Sequence record: SRR31156797_916
DNA: 64,000 bases
Direction: 5' to 3' (one strand)
The notes under the pieces: generated by a model
The model's input: the letters and a program-made list of their open reading frames with translations, nothing else
What the model was told of the DNA's origin: nothing
The model's database searches: none
Shown here: piece by piece, positions 20,870 to 31,096 of the stretch
Layout: the number at the start of each line of letters is the position of its first letter
Position numbering within the stretch: the first letter of the stretch is position 1
Program-made: the position numbers and the translations under genes

Positions 20870-21856
20870 TTATGCAGGGTACCCAAGTTTATTAACTACG
20901 TCATCCAATTTTTCTTCCAGAATTTTGATGTCCGGACCTGAAAAATCCTTTCTCCATCTTCCCGTATTTGATCCTGACAGCTCAACTTCAAGCATGCTGG
21001 GTTCAAAATCAATCCCTGAAAAATCACACATTTTCCTGATCTCTTTTTCAGGATTTTCGATAAGTTCCTCCAGTTTTACCTTGAGGTATATTGCAGGATC
21101 AAGCTTTTGCTCAACCTCAAACCAGCGATTGATAATAGCCAGGTAAAACCGGATGGCCTCTTCAGTTCCATCCGGAGCCCAGTTTTGTTTTACAAATGAC
21201 GCTACCACATCACGAGGGTCGCGGATAATATGTATCAGCCTGGTGTTGGGAAGTATGTCGAGCAGGATATCAGCAAACAGGGTGTTCCACGTATTATCCT
21301 CTGCAAAAACTTGCTTTTGCTGATTATTAACAATGCTTTGGGTGAGGCTATTGATGAAATTGCCAAGTACCGGTTTGAGTTTTTCAGGGTGATAAAGTTC
21401 TGAAAAATACATCCTGTTATTTTCTGAAAACGAGTTTGTGCCGGGCCAACGACCATTAAAAGTGAATGCAGTAAGTTGTTTAATTAACTCTTTTACAAGG
21501 ATGGTATAGCCAGGAATCCATTTCTCCAGTTCCCATCCATGATAGGAGGGTGGGGCAATTTTCTTTCCTGTTGGATCGGTATTTTTTACTTCCAGTCCTT
21601 TTGCATGCATATTATTGTCGAGGGTTGCTTTGGACAGCAGAAATTGTTCCAGGTTTTTGATCTTTTTATCGGCGGCAAAAGGAGACCACGCGGTTGTTAA
21701 TCCTTGATAAAAGTCGATAATACCACCGGGGTCGATGACAATACGATATTCGAAGGGCAGCGTAGCAACCTTGCTGTGTCGGGCAAAAATGGCTTTGGTA
21801 ATGTTGGTGCCGGATCGCCCGGTACCGCTGATCATGATGTGGTTTATATGATCCAT
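20870..21856 (-). CDS. Sulfotransferase
   Basis: GTGRSGTN; RDPRDVVAS; LEELIENPE; GRWRK. Confidence 0.9.
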   Translation of the reverse strand: MDHINHIMISGTGRSGTNITKAIFARHSKVATLPFEYRIVIDPGGIIDFYQGLTTAWSPFAADKKIKNLEQFLLSKATLDNNMHAKGLEVKNTDPTGKKIAPPSYHGWELEKWIPGYTILVKELIKQLTAFTFNGRWPGTNSFSENNRMYFSELYHPEKLKPVLGNFINSLTQSIVNNQQKQVFAEDNTWNTLFADILLDILPNTRLIHIIRDPRDVVASFVKQNWAPDGTEEAIRFYLAIINRWFEVEQKLDPAIYLKVKLEELIENPEKEIRKMCDFSGIDFEPSMLEVELSGSNTGRWRKDFSGPDIKILEEKLDDVVNKLGYPA

Positions 21857-22476
21857 CTGATGGTTTCAAAGGTTTCGGCATATTCACGGCTGATCTGCAA
21901 GCCCCGGAAATTGGCCAGCCCGCGAATCATTTTTTCCTTGGCGTAAAACCGCTTTTCCTGCGATTTGTATTCATTTATCGAATCTATTTTCCGTTGAATA
22001 TGTCTTTCTTCAAGCACGATAAACGTTGAAGAATCGAACTTAAAATTGTTCCACATAAATTCATATCCCAGGATGGATGACTTTTTGAAGGCACGACGTC
22101 CCTCTTCAAAAATTACCTTATGGTCCTGGTGTACATCAAATGAAGATGGCAGGAAAACCAGGTCGGGCTTAAATTCCCGCTCTAACTTCACCAGTTCTTC
22201 AAGAATGTCCTGCCTGAACTCCGGAAACCGGCGGACCGGAAAGTTTTTAATGATGAGGTTTGCACGGTTTAAGTCCAGCTTTTCTGTAGCATTTTTAACC
22301 TCAGTTTCGAGGATGTTTTTAGGGAAGCCCTCAGGAACAGATTCCTCGCAGATGGAAAAAGCAATGTAAAAAATTTCCTTTCCTTCTTCGATAAACTTGG
22401 CTATGGCACCACCACAACCGAATTCACCATCATCAGTGTGGGGAGCAAGTACGAATATTTTCTTGATGTGTTGCAT
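21844..22476 (-). CDS. PIG-L/LmbE family deacetylase
   Basis: APHTDDGEFGCGG, HQDH, YKSQ motifs. Confidence 0.9.
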   Translation of the reverse strand: MQHIKKIFVLAPHTDDGEFGCGGAIAKFIEEGKEIFYIAFSICEESVPEGFPKNILETEVKNATEKLDLNRANLIIKNFPVRRFPEFRQDILEELVKLEREFKPDLVFLPSSFDVHQDHKVIFEEGRRAFKKSSILGYEFMWNNFKFDSSTFIVLEERHIQRKIDSINEYKSQEKRFYAKEKMIRGLANFRGLQISREYAETFETIRWII

Positions 22477-22500
22477 GTTCAAAAAATTTCTAACACAGAA

Positions 22501-23817
22501 TCATGTATTGGAATCTGCCTGTGTAAGTTTGGAAAGCAAAATACTCAATTTTTTGGTTAACGCTTTCCGTGAAAATTGTTCAATATTTTCACCGCCTTTA
22601 AATGGGACACCTTTTTTCCAGTTATCATAAAGTCTTTCCACTTCGGCTTTTAATCGCAATTCATTGGTGCGGTCAACGGTGGTGCCGGTCCGGGTTTGAT
22701 TGATGATTGCTGCTGCGTCTCCATCCTCGGGGCCGATGCACAAAATCGGACGGTGTGCCGAGAGGTATTCAAAAATTTTCCCGGTCAGGATCAATTTTGC
22801 TTTTGGTGTATCATGGATCAGTAATAGCAGGACGGCAGATTGGTGTTGCTCTTTGATTACTTTATCATGAGGTAAATAGGGAATCAGATTAAGCTGTGTT
22901 TTGAGTCCGGCATTTTCAATCATTTCCTGGACGTTCACATCTACCTTTCCAACCAGTTTTATTTCAAGGTCTTTATGAAATGCTTCGTTATCCCTGCACA
23001 TTTCACCCAATACTTTCCATAAAAGTTCCGGATTTCGCGATTTTGCGAGTACCCCAATATGTGCAATGGTAAACTTTTTATCCAGGGCTACCTTGCCGGT
23101 AGGAACATCATCCGTGTCAAAGCCATTATGAATGACTTCATAAACCCGGTTGTGGATTTCCTGGAAATCTGCACGCATGCCGTCTGATACTACGATTACT
23201 TTGTTGGCATTTTCAAGCACACGTTTCTCAAGTTCTTTGTGTTTCCGGTCAGCCCTTGCTGTAAGTTTCAGGTCGCTGTAATAACTGATTCTTGTCCACG
23301 GGTCCCTGAAATCGGCAATCCAGGGAATGTTGAATTGTTTCCGCAATCCCATTGCAATGAGGTGCATAGAATGCGGTGGCCCGGTAGAAATAATTATATC
23401 CACAGGGTTTTTCTGAAGATATTTCGAGAGATATTTTATGGATGGCCTGATCCAGAATTTGCGTGCATCAGGAATGAAGAAATTTCCCCTGATCCACACA
23501 GCCAGTCCCTCTGAGCGCTTTGGCTTTTTGGTTTCGCTAACAAAAGCAGCATTGATTTTTTCACCCTTCTTCATGCCTACGAACTTTTTATAAACTTCAT
23601 AGGGTTCCCAAACAGGCGTTTTAATGATCTCGGTGCCTTCCGGGATATCTTTTTCCAGGGATGGATCGATGGCCATATATTCGGGATTTTCGGGAGCATA
23701 CACCACAGGTTCCCACCCAAACTCCGGAAGATATTTCACAAATTTCAGCCAACGCTGTACGCCGGCACCGCCACCCGGAGGCCAGTAATAGGTTAATATC
23801 AGTACCCGCTGAGCCAT
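22501..23817 (-). CDS. GT4 glycosyltransferase
   Basis: TYYWPPGGGAGVQRW, STGPPHS, ADFRDPW, TGKIFEY. Confidence 0.9.
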   Translation of the reverse strand: MAQRVLILTYYWPPGGGAGVQRWLKFVKYLPEFGWEPVVYAPENPEYMAIDPSLEKDIPEGTEIIKTPVWEPYEVYKKFVGMKKGEKINAAFVSETKKPKRSEGLAVWIRGNFFIPDARKFWIRPSIKYLSKYLQKNPVDIIISTGPPHSMHLIAMGLRKQFNIPWIADFRDPWTRISYYSDLKLTARADRKHKELEKRVLENANKVIVVSDGMRADFQEIHNRVYEVIHNGFDTDDVPTGKVALDKKFTIAHIGVLAKSRNPELLWKVLGEMCRDNEAFHKDLEIKLVGKVDVNVQEMIENAGLKTQLNLIPYLPHDKVIKEQHQSAVLLLLIHDTPKAKLILTGKIFEYLSAHRPILCIGPEDGDAAAIINQTRTGTTVDRTNELRLKAEVERLYDNWKKGVPFKGGENIEQFSRKALTKKLSILLSKLTQADSNT

Positions 23818-23818
23818 G

Positions 23819-26263
23819 TTAGTTTTTAAGGGCAGGCGCGAAAATCGATTTGAGTTCATTGCCCAGTGCTCCAAAGAAGATCAACAGGATAAGTATTGAG
23901 GCAATAGCTGCAATGGTACCTCCGGTGTAATATACTGCAGGTTCAAACTTCCATGTAATTTCATGTTCACCAGCGGGAACAACCATAGCGCGCAGCACAT
24001 AGTTGGCCCTGAAGTAGGACATTTTTTCGCCATCAACATATACATTCCAGCCTTTATCGTAATAAATCTCCGAAAATACCACCAGCTCATCTTCGCCGGA
24101 TTTAAAATCGTAAATCAATTCGTTGGGCTTATAGCTGGTAAGTTTGATGGACGCACGGGGGTCGGATTTTTTATCAAACCCCTCAAGTTGGTCTGCAAAA
24201 CGTTTTTCTACGATGGCTTCGGTGCCGGCATCGAATTCTTCAAGTGCATCTATTTCCTGGTCGGCATTATCTACAAGCCTGTAATCTTTCACGACCCAGG
24301 CATTCCCCAGCGCTCCGGGATTTGGCTGCATTCGGGGCTGGTTATTTGCCCCGGGAATGATCAGGTATTTCACATTAAGCATATTAATGACATCAGGATT
24401 ACCCATAGCAAGATGATGTTCATACAACTCCTGGTATCTTCTGAGTTTTGCGCCATGATATCCACCAATGGATTTATGGAAAAATGATGTCCTGGAATCA
24501 GCGAAAGGATCACCAACAGTCCGGTTATATACCCTGAAATTAGGGTCTTTATCTGCAAGGATTTGTTGATCGATGGCATTGGGTGTAAACGGATTCTCTA
24601 CGGAACGTGCCCGCTCGAAATTGTCATCATTCAGGTATCGCTTGTTCACTGTCCACATATCAACAGTTACAAGCAGGATGAGCCCGACAAAGGCAAATTC
24701 CTTCTTTAATTTGCCGGCGATAACTGTCCAAATCAAACCACCGGCCAGGAGGATGAAAATCAATGAACGGAAGCCTTCTGAACGTAAAAGTGAAAGCCTG
24801 TCTGCTTCCAGGGCATCCAACAATGATTGCGGGAAACCTGCCTGGACCAGTCGCATATCCTGTGGATTTGAAAAGTCGAATAACGATCCTGCCAGGGCAA
24901 TAATCACGAGAATTATACCACCGGTAATCCCCAGTGCCATGGCCAGGCTTTTTTGAGCTTTCTTTTTATTGATGCCTCTGTCTGTTATCTCCTTAAGTGC
25001 AAGTACTCCCAGGATTGGAATGGCTAGTTCTGCAATGACCAGGGTCATTGATACAGCCCTGAATTTGTTGTAGCCGGGTACGTAATGCAGGAAGAATTCT
25101 GTAAGTGGCATAAAATTTTTCCCCCACGCCAGCATAATGCCCAACACTGTGGCTGCAAGTAACCACCATTTATATTTTCCCTTTACCACAATTAATCCGA
25201 GCACAAACAGGAAAATCATGATGGCACCGGCATAAACCGGCCCGGAGGTAAAGGGTTGTTTCCCCCAGTACATGCTAAACGCTGGCAGGTATTGCCTGGC
25301 CTGTGCCTGTGGAATAACTTTGCTTAATTCTTTAAAAGTTTCTGAGTTTTCGGAAGGCGCTTTACCGGAAGCTCCGCCCTTAAAATCAGGGATCAGCAGT
25401 GTGAATGTTTCGGCAACGCCATAGCTCCATTGGGTAGCATAATCAATATCAAGACCACTGGTGCGGTTGTCCTGCTCTGTGGTGAGTTCAGTTTTTCCAC
25501 GAATGGTGTACTCTCCATACTCCATGGCTGCCCAGAGTCTGGGTACGTTGGCTCCCACAGCCAGCAATGCGGCTATGGCAAGTAAGGCTGATGCCTTAAA
25601 AAAGTGATTTAACTCCTTCTTTTTATAGCTCTCAATAAATTGTGCAATGGCAAAAATTATCACAACAATCATCAGGTAATAGGTTATTTGCAGGTGGTTG
25701 GCTGCCAGTTCCAACCCGAGGAACAATGCCGTAAGTGCAGCTCCCCAGAAATATTTGCCACGGTATGCCAGGATAATTCCTCCTAAAACCGGGGCCATAT
25801 AGGCGATGGCGTGGGCTTTGGTGTTGTGTCCGGCTTCGAGGATGATGAAGAAATAGGATGAAAAGGCAAAACCAATGGACCCCAAAACAGCCAGCCAGGG
25901 GTTAACCCTTAAAATCAACAGCAGAATAAAGAAACCCAGGAAATAAAGAAAAACAAGGTTGATGGGGCGAGGCAACCCCAGCTTAAATATTTTATCCACT
26001 GTATTTAAATAATCACCTTTCCATATGGTGGAAATCATGTACGCCGGCATGCCGCTGAACATCGAATTGGTCCATAGTGCCTCTTCGCCTGTTTTTTCAC
26101 GAAAGTCAACGATCTCTTTGGACATGCCTTTGTGGTTTACAACATCGCCCTGCTTTAGCTTCTTTCCCTCAAGTACCGGAGAAAAGTAAATCAGGCTGAT
26201 TACAATAAATATCACGATTGCAATCAGGTATGGCCAGAATTTCTTAATTGTAAAATTTTCCAT
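23819..26263 (-). CDS. YfhO family (GT-C-like) membrane protein
   Basis: WTNSMFSGMP, many TMs, GGYHGAKL, FSEIYY...RANYVLRA. Confidence 0.9.
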   Translation of the reverse strand: MENFTIKKFWPYLIAIVIFIVISLIYFSPVLEGKKLKQGDVVNHKGMSKEIVDFREKTGEEALWTNSMFSGMPAYMISTIWKGDYLNTVDKIFKLGLPRPINLVFLYFLGFFILLLILRVNPWLAVLGSIGFAFSSYFFIILEAGHNTKAHAIAYMAPVLGGIILAYRGKYFWGAALTALFLGLELAANHLQITYYLMIVVIIFAIAQFIESYKKKELNHFFKASALLAIAALLAVGANVPRLWAAMEYGEYTIRGKTELTTEQDNRTSGLDIDYATQWSYGVAETFTLLIPDFKGGASGKAPSENSETFKELSKVIPQAQARQYLPAFSMYWGKQPFTSGPVYAGAIMIFLFVLGLIVVKGKYKWWLLAATVLGIMLAWGKNFMPLTEFFLHYVPGYNKFRAVSMTLVIAELAIPILGVLALKEITDRGINKKKAQKSLAMALGITGGIILVIIALAGSLFDFSNPQDMRLVQAGFPQSLLDALEADRLSLLRSEGFRSLIFILLAGGLIWTVIAGKLKKEFAFVGLILLVTVDMWTVNKRYLNDDNFERARSVENPFTPNAIDQQILADKDPNFRVYNRTVGDPFADSRTSFFHKSIGGYHGAKLRRYQELYEHHLAMGNPDVINMLNVKYLIIPGANNQPRMQPNPGALGNAWVVKDYRLVDNADQEIDALEEFDAGTEAIVEKRFADQLEGFDKKSDPRASIKLTSYKPNELIYDFKSGEDELVVFSEIYYDKGWNVYVDGEKMSYFRANYVLRAMVVPAGEHEITWKFEPAVYYTGGTIAAIASILILLIFFGALGNELKSIFAPALKN

Positions 26264-26279
26264 CGAATTTGATATGTGA

Positions 26280-26540
26280 TTATTTGTCCTTAATTTCTTC
26301 AAAATCCACGTCTTCGCTGTCGTCAGGCTCAAAGTGTGTTTGCTTTGCTTCAGGTGGGACATATTTTACCGAAACTTCGCCTTCTCTTTTTATTTCTTCC
26401 TGTGGTTGTTGCTGTTGTCCAAAACTCCCAAACCGTTCCTGCGCTTTTTGAATAAAACGCTTTACAATGTAAGGGAAAAGGTATTTGGAGATGATGTAGT
26501 AGCTCAGAATAAAAATGGCGATAAAAAATAAAAGCTTCAT
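26280..26540 (-). CDS. Small membrane-anchored protein (DUF4834-like)
   Basis: N-terminal TM helix; C-terminal EDVDFEEIK motif; usual position upstream of yfhO in Bacteroidota. Confidence 0.7.
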   Translation of the reverse strand: MKLLFFIAIFILSYYIISKYLFPYIVKRFIQKAQERFGSFGQQQQPQEEIKREGEVSVKYVPPEAKQTHFEPDDSEDVDFEEIKDK

Positions 26541-26670
26541 GTTTATCGAGTAATTATAAAAACAGGTATTTGATATGTAAACAAAACCACTGCGAAGTTA
26601 TTGTAATTTTTAAATGTGGATTTATTGAAATGTGTATGATCAGTAGTGCAAGACAACTCTGGTTGAGGCA

Positions 26671-26708
26671 AAAAAAAAGGAAGATAATACTGAATTACCT
26701 TCCTTTTA
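26671..26708 (-). terminator. Intrinsic terminator after rpmH
   Basis: AAAAGGAAGATAAT-ACTGA-ATTACCTTCCTTTT stem with A8 (U-tract on minus strand). Confidence 0.7.
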
Positions 26709-26730
26709 ATGATTTGATTTTGGAATATTT

Positions 26731-26892
26731 TTATTTTCTGCCGTTTGTTTCGTCAGAAACTGATAGTCTTTTTCTTCCTTTTGCACGACGTGCAGCCAGT
26801 ACTTTACGACCGTTTTTGGTTGCCATTCTTGCCCTGAATCCGTGCTTGTTTACTCTCTTGCGTCTCGATGGTTGAAATGTTCTCTTACTCAT
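26731..26892 (-). CDS. rpmH: 50S ribosomal protein L34 (absent from the ORF track, 53 aa)
   Basis: Manual translation [61 protein letters not shown] -7 element at 26916-26923. Confidence 0.97.
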   Translation of the reverse strand: MSKRTFQPSRRKRVNKHGFRARMATKNGRKVLAARRAKGRKRLSVSDETNGRK

Positions 26893-27201
26893 AGTTCCTA
26901 TATTTTTTGAGGGTGCAAAAGTAGAATCTTTTTTTTAATCAGCAAAAGTATTTCCAAATATTTTTAAGAAATTTTGAGAGTAGAATACGGCAAGTTTAAG
27001 AATCCCTATTCGGGGAGAGTCAGTAACAGGATGTAATGATTGGGTATAATAGTGTTCCGGAATTGTCTGCCATTGCCCATATTTGCTAAACATAAATACC
27101 TAAACAACAAGCAGTTAGTAGGGGTTCTTTCAAGTGAAGGATGATTTTGGTATTGAATTATAGGTATTTTTTAAGTGTGATAAAACTGACTAACAGCTCA
27201 T

Positions 27202-27238
27202 AAAAAAACCTCCCAAACTTTTTAGGTTTGAGAGGTTT
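27202..27238 (-). terminator. Intrinsic terminator
   Basis: AAACCTCCCAAAC-TTTTTAG-GTTTGAGAGGTTT with A-tract, just downstream of 27265..29988. Confidence 0.7.
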
Positions 27239-27264
27239 GTTCTTATTAAATCGAATGAATTTCT

Positions 27265-29988
27265 CTACTTCATCTTAACTACTTTAAGCACTTCCATGGT
27301 TTCGGTTGTCGAAACCTGGATGAGGTAAACGCCTTTTCCAATAGCGATATTGGTGTTATTTGCATGCCAGATAACCATGCCTGTGTTAAGTTCATGTTTT
27401 GCAAATTGCTTAACAACTCTACCGGAAAGGTCAGTAATTGTAATGCTTTCAACATCCTGAACAAAACTACTCAGGTCGATAGAAAGCCGGGTGGTAAACG
27501 GGCTTGGGAAAACTGTGATGGTGCTTTCATCAATTTCATTCACCGTTGAAATCAGATCGAGGTCTAGCGCTATTGTTTCGTAATAGGCTCCTGCATCCGA
27601 CATAATCTGTACAGAATCATAAGCCATAGTTACAAGGTTTTCATCTACAGGCAAAGCAATGAATACATGAAAGGTGATCTCTTCTGAAGGAGCCAGTGTG
27701 TGTGGTAATGTTTGCGAAATATCAGATATCCACCAACCAAATTCATTTCCTCCGGTTTCCTGGATTTCTGATATGGTAACATCAACACCTGAAGGGTTTT
27801 GAATAGTAGCAGTGAGGCCATCCCAAATGGTTTGTTCATCAATAAACCAAAGGGTGTCGGGAGTCATGGCCAGTTGCCCGGCCTCGGTTACTTCAAAAGT
27901 AACAGGTATTTCAAGCTCCGGGAAATCAGGATCGTTGGATGTTATCATCAGCATACCTTCGTGCATGCCTATTTCCAATTCTGATGCATCACAAATAACC
28001 TGAATGTCATTGCAATCTCCAGGTTCAACAGTTCCGTTAACAGGGTTTGGTGTCAGCCATTCTATTTCGCTGATCACATAGGTGAAGGTAATTTCGATGT
28101 TTGTGGCCTGGTGGCCGCCATCACCGTAGGTATCTTCGATCCACATCCGCCAGGTGCCGTTCATTTCTTCATCATTAAATGCAGTCATATCTACAGCATA
28201 AGTTCCGTTGGGACTTCCGGCAGCAATGGTAGCCGCTGTTCCTTCAGGAGACATCAGGTGGAAGCTTCCTTCTTCAGGCCAGCTGTCTGTGCTCCAGTCG
28301 AAAGCGACCAATAATCCGCCCAGGTTTCCTGAATCTGAAACATCAAACTCAATCCAGTTTTCTTCGTCCCAGGTGTTGCTGTCCCAGGCACTTGCTGCAG
28401 GGCTATCGGCAACATCCTGTGAAACTTCTCCATAAATGGCAGTGGAAGTTGCGATGTTGTAATTCAATCCAAGCTCACCGGTATTGCAAATTTCAAGTGT
28501 CTCGGTAGCAGATTGCCCGATGGTTGCTGAAGTACTGATAGCCTCTGGTGTGATGGCAATTTGTGCAAACGCCTGCTCACCGGCAAAGAAAACATGTGGA
28601 TCCGGTACTCCAATAAAAGGATGCGACATATAATTACCGTCCTCATCAACAGCATACAGATAATAATCAACCTGGCTACCCTGTTCAAGCTCAGAAATGG
28701 AACCGGTCCAGATCTGTCCTGAAGAATTGGTCATATTTTCCATCATCCAGTCACCACCATTAACCCGATAATAAATCAGTACCGAATCATTATCCAGGGC
28801 TGCACCGCTAAAAGTTATAATCGAGGCTTCAAGATCGTAAGAGCTCTGTACAGGCTGCTCTCCATGAATGGGTAAGTGCGCAATGTGAACCATATCCTGG
28901 TCGGCAATGCCTTTGCTCCGACAGTGCAAAGCGTCCGTTGACTCCCAACTGCCGGTGAAGCCCAGGATTTCGTATCCGGGCATGGCCTCTTCATAACTGG
29001 CCAACGCTTCGTCATCCCACTGCGAGTTGGTAATCGGTACAAAAACCCGCTTGTTCAGGATCAGTGAGTTGGTGTAAGGTTCATTGTTAGGGGTGTAAAC
29101 GCGGAATACCTGAAGCGGTGTACCATAGCCTGAAGTCTGGCTTGCAAAATATGCAGCAGTAGCTTCAATTTCATCATACTGTGCATGTGATTCAGGAACT
29201 GATCGGATGAGAATTTTATCGGTGTCCAGGTATTTTCCCCAGCAGTCGATATGATCGATGTAGGTGTTATTGGGGTCATCAACCACATGATACGTTTCAA
29301 TACCCAGATAATCCTCAAATATCTGAGCAATTTCATCATGGGTGTATCCTGGGTTTTCATCCCAGATAAGGTCGGAGGAGGCTGAGTTGCCCATTCCATC
29401 AGTCATATAGTTACCACCGGCGGTTTCAATATCCATTTCAAACAGGTTAAATCCAAAATCATTTGCAACTTTTGCAGGTATTGCATTATCAGAAGGCCTA
29501 GGACGATTGTAGGTAAAATCAACAATTCCCAGTTCATCGTTGCCATCAATTACAAACCAGGGGCCGTAGTCACGCGTCCAGTACGAATCCGATGGAGCAA
29601 TAATCCAGTTACAATTGTCCAGGTTTACACCTTGGTTATTGTATTGGTTTGTTACATAGGTTTGCTCGCTTGAATTGGATACAATAGTAGTAACCACGCA
29701 TTCCTGCGACATTTCAGCGATCAGGTCGTATGGAATTCCAAACTGGTAGCGAATCAATACCGATTGCATTTTGTCAAATTCTGCAATATTGGTAACCGGG
29801 CCGTCTGGTGGGTCTGTAACCCTGGCATCTTTGCCGATGAGGTGTTTGAGCTTTGCTTCTTCCGGTGTCATCCAGTGCTTGAGGGTTACTGGTTTGTCCT
29901 TTTTAACAGCCTGCTGGGCAATTGTGTAATTAAAGGCCAACAGGACCAAAAGTAGCAATGTAAGTGATTGAGTGTAAACTTTTTTCAT
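27265..29988 (-). CDS. Secreted agmatine/peptidylarginine deiminase family protein with P-domain, Ig-like domains and T9SS CTD
   Basis: Signal peptide; WTRDYGP, GGN, HIDC, DALHC (catalytic Cys); NGTWRMWIED P-domain; CTD VFPSPF...GVYLIQV...KVVKMK. Confidence 0.85.
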   Translation of the reverse strand: MKKVYTQSLTLLLLVLLAFNYTIAQQAVKKDKPVTLKHWMTPEEAKLKHLIGKDARVTDPPDGPVTNIAEFDKMQSVLIRYQFGIPYDLIAEMSQECVVTTIVSNSSEQTYVTNQYNNQGVNLDNCNWIIAPSDSYWTRDYGPWFVIDGNDELGIVDFTYNRPRPSDNAIPAKVANDFGFNLFEMDIETAGGNYMTDGMGNSASSDLIWDENPGYTHDEIAQIFEDYLGIETYHVVDDPNNTYIDHIDCWGKYLDTDKILIRSVPESHAQYDEIEATAAYFASQTSGYGTPLQVFRVYTPNNEPYTNSLILNKRVFVPITNSQWDDEALASYEEAMPGYEILGFTGSWESTDALHCRSKGIADQDMVHIAHLPIHGEQPVQSSYDLEASIITFSGAALDNDSVLIYYRVNGGDWMMENMTNSSGQIWTGSISELEQGSQVDYYLYAVDEDGNYMSHPFIGVPDPHVFFAGEQAFAQIAITPEAISTSATIGQSATETLEICNTGELGLNYNIATSTAIYGEVSQDVADSPAASAWDSNTWDEENWIEFDVSDSGNLGGLLVAFDWSTDSWPEEGSFHLMSPEGTAATIAAGSPNGTYAVDMTAFNDEEMNGTWRMWIEDTYGDGGHQATNIEITFTYVISEIEWLTPNPVNGTVEPGDCNDIQVICDASELEIGMHEGMLMITSNDPDFPELEIPVTFEVTEAGQLAMTPDTLWFIDEQTIWDGLTATIQNPSGVDVTISEIQETGGNEFGWWISDISQTLPHTLAPSEEITFHVFIALPVDENLVTMAYDSVQIMSDAGAYYETIALDLDLISTVNEIDESTITVFPSPFTTRLSIDLSSFVQDVESITITDLSGRVVKQFAKHELNTGMVIWHANNTNIAIGKGVYLIQVSTTETMEVLKVVKMK

Positions 29989-30060
29989 GTGATTTGAATT
30001 GAGTATGAGTGATTGTGTTTGATGTTACAACGTGCAAAAATAGTTAAATTGTGTTAAGGG

Positions 30061-30275
30061 TGGAAGTGGGGAAGTAGTGAGTTTTGAGTACTGATTAGTT
30101 AGTAATGAGCTTGCTTCGCCGAAGGTGGGTTGTGAGTTTTGTATGTAATATGAGTCGGGAGGTTAGAATTTAGAATTAGGGGTTGCGAATTACGAGTAAC
30201 GGATAACTCCTCCCGGGCTATAGCTGCGGAGGACAAGGAATAACGAATGTGAGCTGGGAGTTATAAATTTGAATT
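30061..30275. repeat. Degenerate period-7 tandem repeat region with embedded short palindromes
   Basis: e.g. TTAGAAT TTAGAAT TAGGGGT TGCGAAT TACGAGT AACGGAT; TAGTGAG TTTTGAG TACTGAT TAGTTAG TAATGAG; palindrome-like CTCCCGGGCTATAGCTGCGGAG. Confidence 0.55.
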
Positions 30276-30276
30276 C

Positions 30277-30939
30277 TTAGAAGTAATATACTTTTTTTAA
30301 AATGGTTTTTGTTTTTTGGGTGATTTCGCTTTCAATTCGAGGATCAAAATTGGAGGATTTAATCATATCAAAGAATACAATTTCATCCTTTTCCATATCA
30401 AACACAATTAACCTCAGTTCCGATTCAGGTTTCGTGTGTGGCGCAATGATACTGCTATTTGTTGCCATTCCTGCAGATATGTTGTGATGAGGGCCAAAAT
30501 TCGCATTGATCTCAGAATTGAATATTAATAGAACTGAATACCTGGAGATGCCTTCCGGTTTTTTTTCAAAAAGAGAACTTGATGAAACATTTTGAAGTGT
30601 TTTTGGGGAATTATCCAGTTGATGATATAGGTCAAAAAGTGTTCTTTGATTCAGTGAAGATAATCTTACCTGTTCAACTTTAAACTTCGATGATAATAAA
30701 TCAAAAGCTGTTTCTTCTATGTGTCTTTGGAGGGAAGAGGAAAATGCTGTGTCGATGTAACTACGTTGGTTATTTTTAAATGTGACGTTTACCAGCGGAC
30801 TGAAAATCGTAAGCGTTTCAATTTGCTTTTTTTCAGATTTAAACCCGGCGCTATATTTTGCAGAACTGCATCCAAACAGTGAAATGATGGATAGTATAAT
30901 AAAGGTGTTTCTAATCGTCCTTTCCAATCTTGATTTCAT
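30277..30939 (-). CDS. Hypothetical lipoprotein
   Basis: 220-aa ORF with lipobox LFGC; no recognised catalytic motif. Confidence 0.65.
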   Translation of the reverse strand: MKSRLERTIRNTFIILSIISLFGCSSAKYSAGFKSEKKQIETLTIFSPLVNVTFKNNQRSYIDTAFSSSLQRHIEETAFDLLSSKFKVEQVRLSSLNQRTLFDLYHQLDNSPKTLQNVSSSSLFEKKPEGISRYSVLLIFNSEINANFGPHHNISAGMATNSSIIAPHTKPESELRLIVFDMEKDEIVFFDMIKSSNFDPRIESEITQKTKTILKKVYYF

Positions 30940-31096
30940 TTTTCAGGATTTTAGGTGATTGATTTTAACTTTTTAAACTGCGCACTTTAGAAAGGGCTCT
31001 CCTGGGGAAACGTACGCAGTAATTTATTCACATAAATTTTATGAATAGATCAGGTTTAATACCCAATCCCAATCTCAAATAGCTAATAACGAATCT

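Noticed and set aside
26570-26875. 101-aa plus-strand ORF
   Set aside because: Antisense shadow of rpmH and its terminator.
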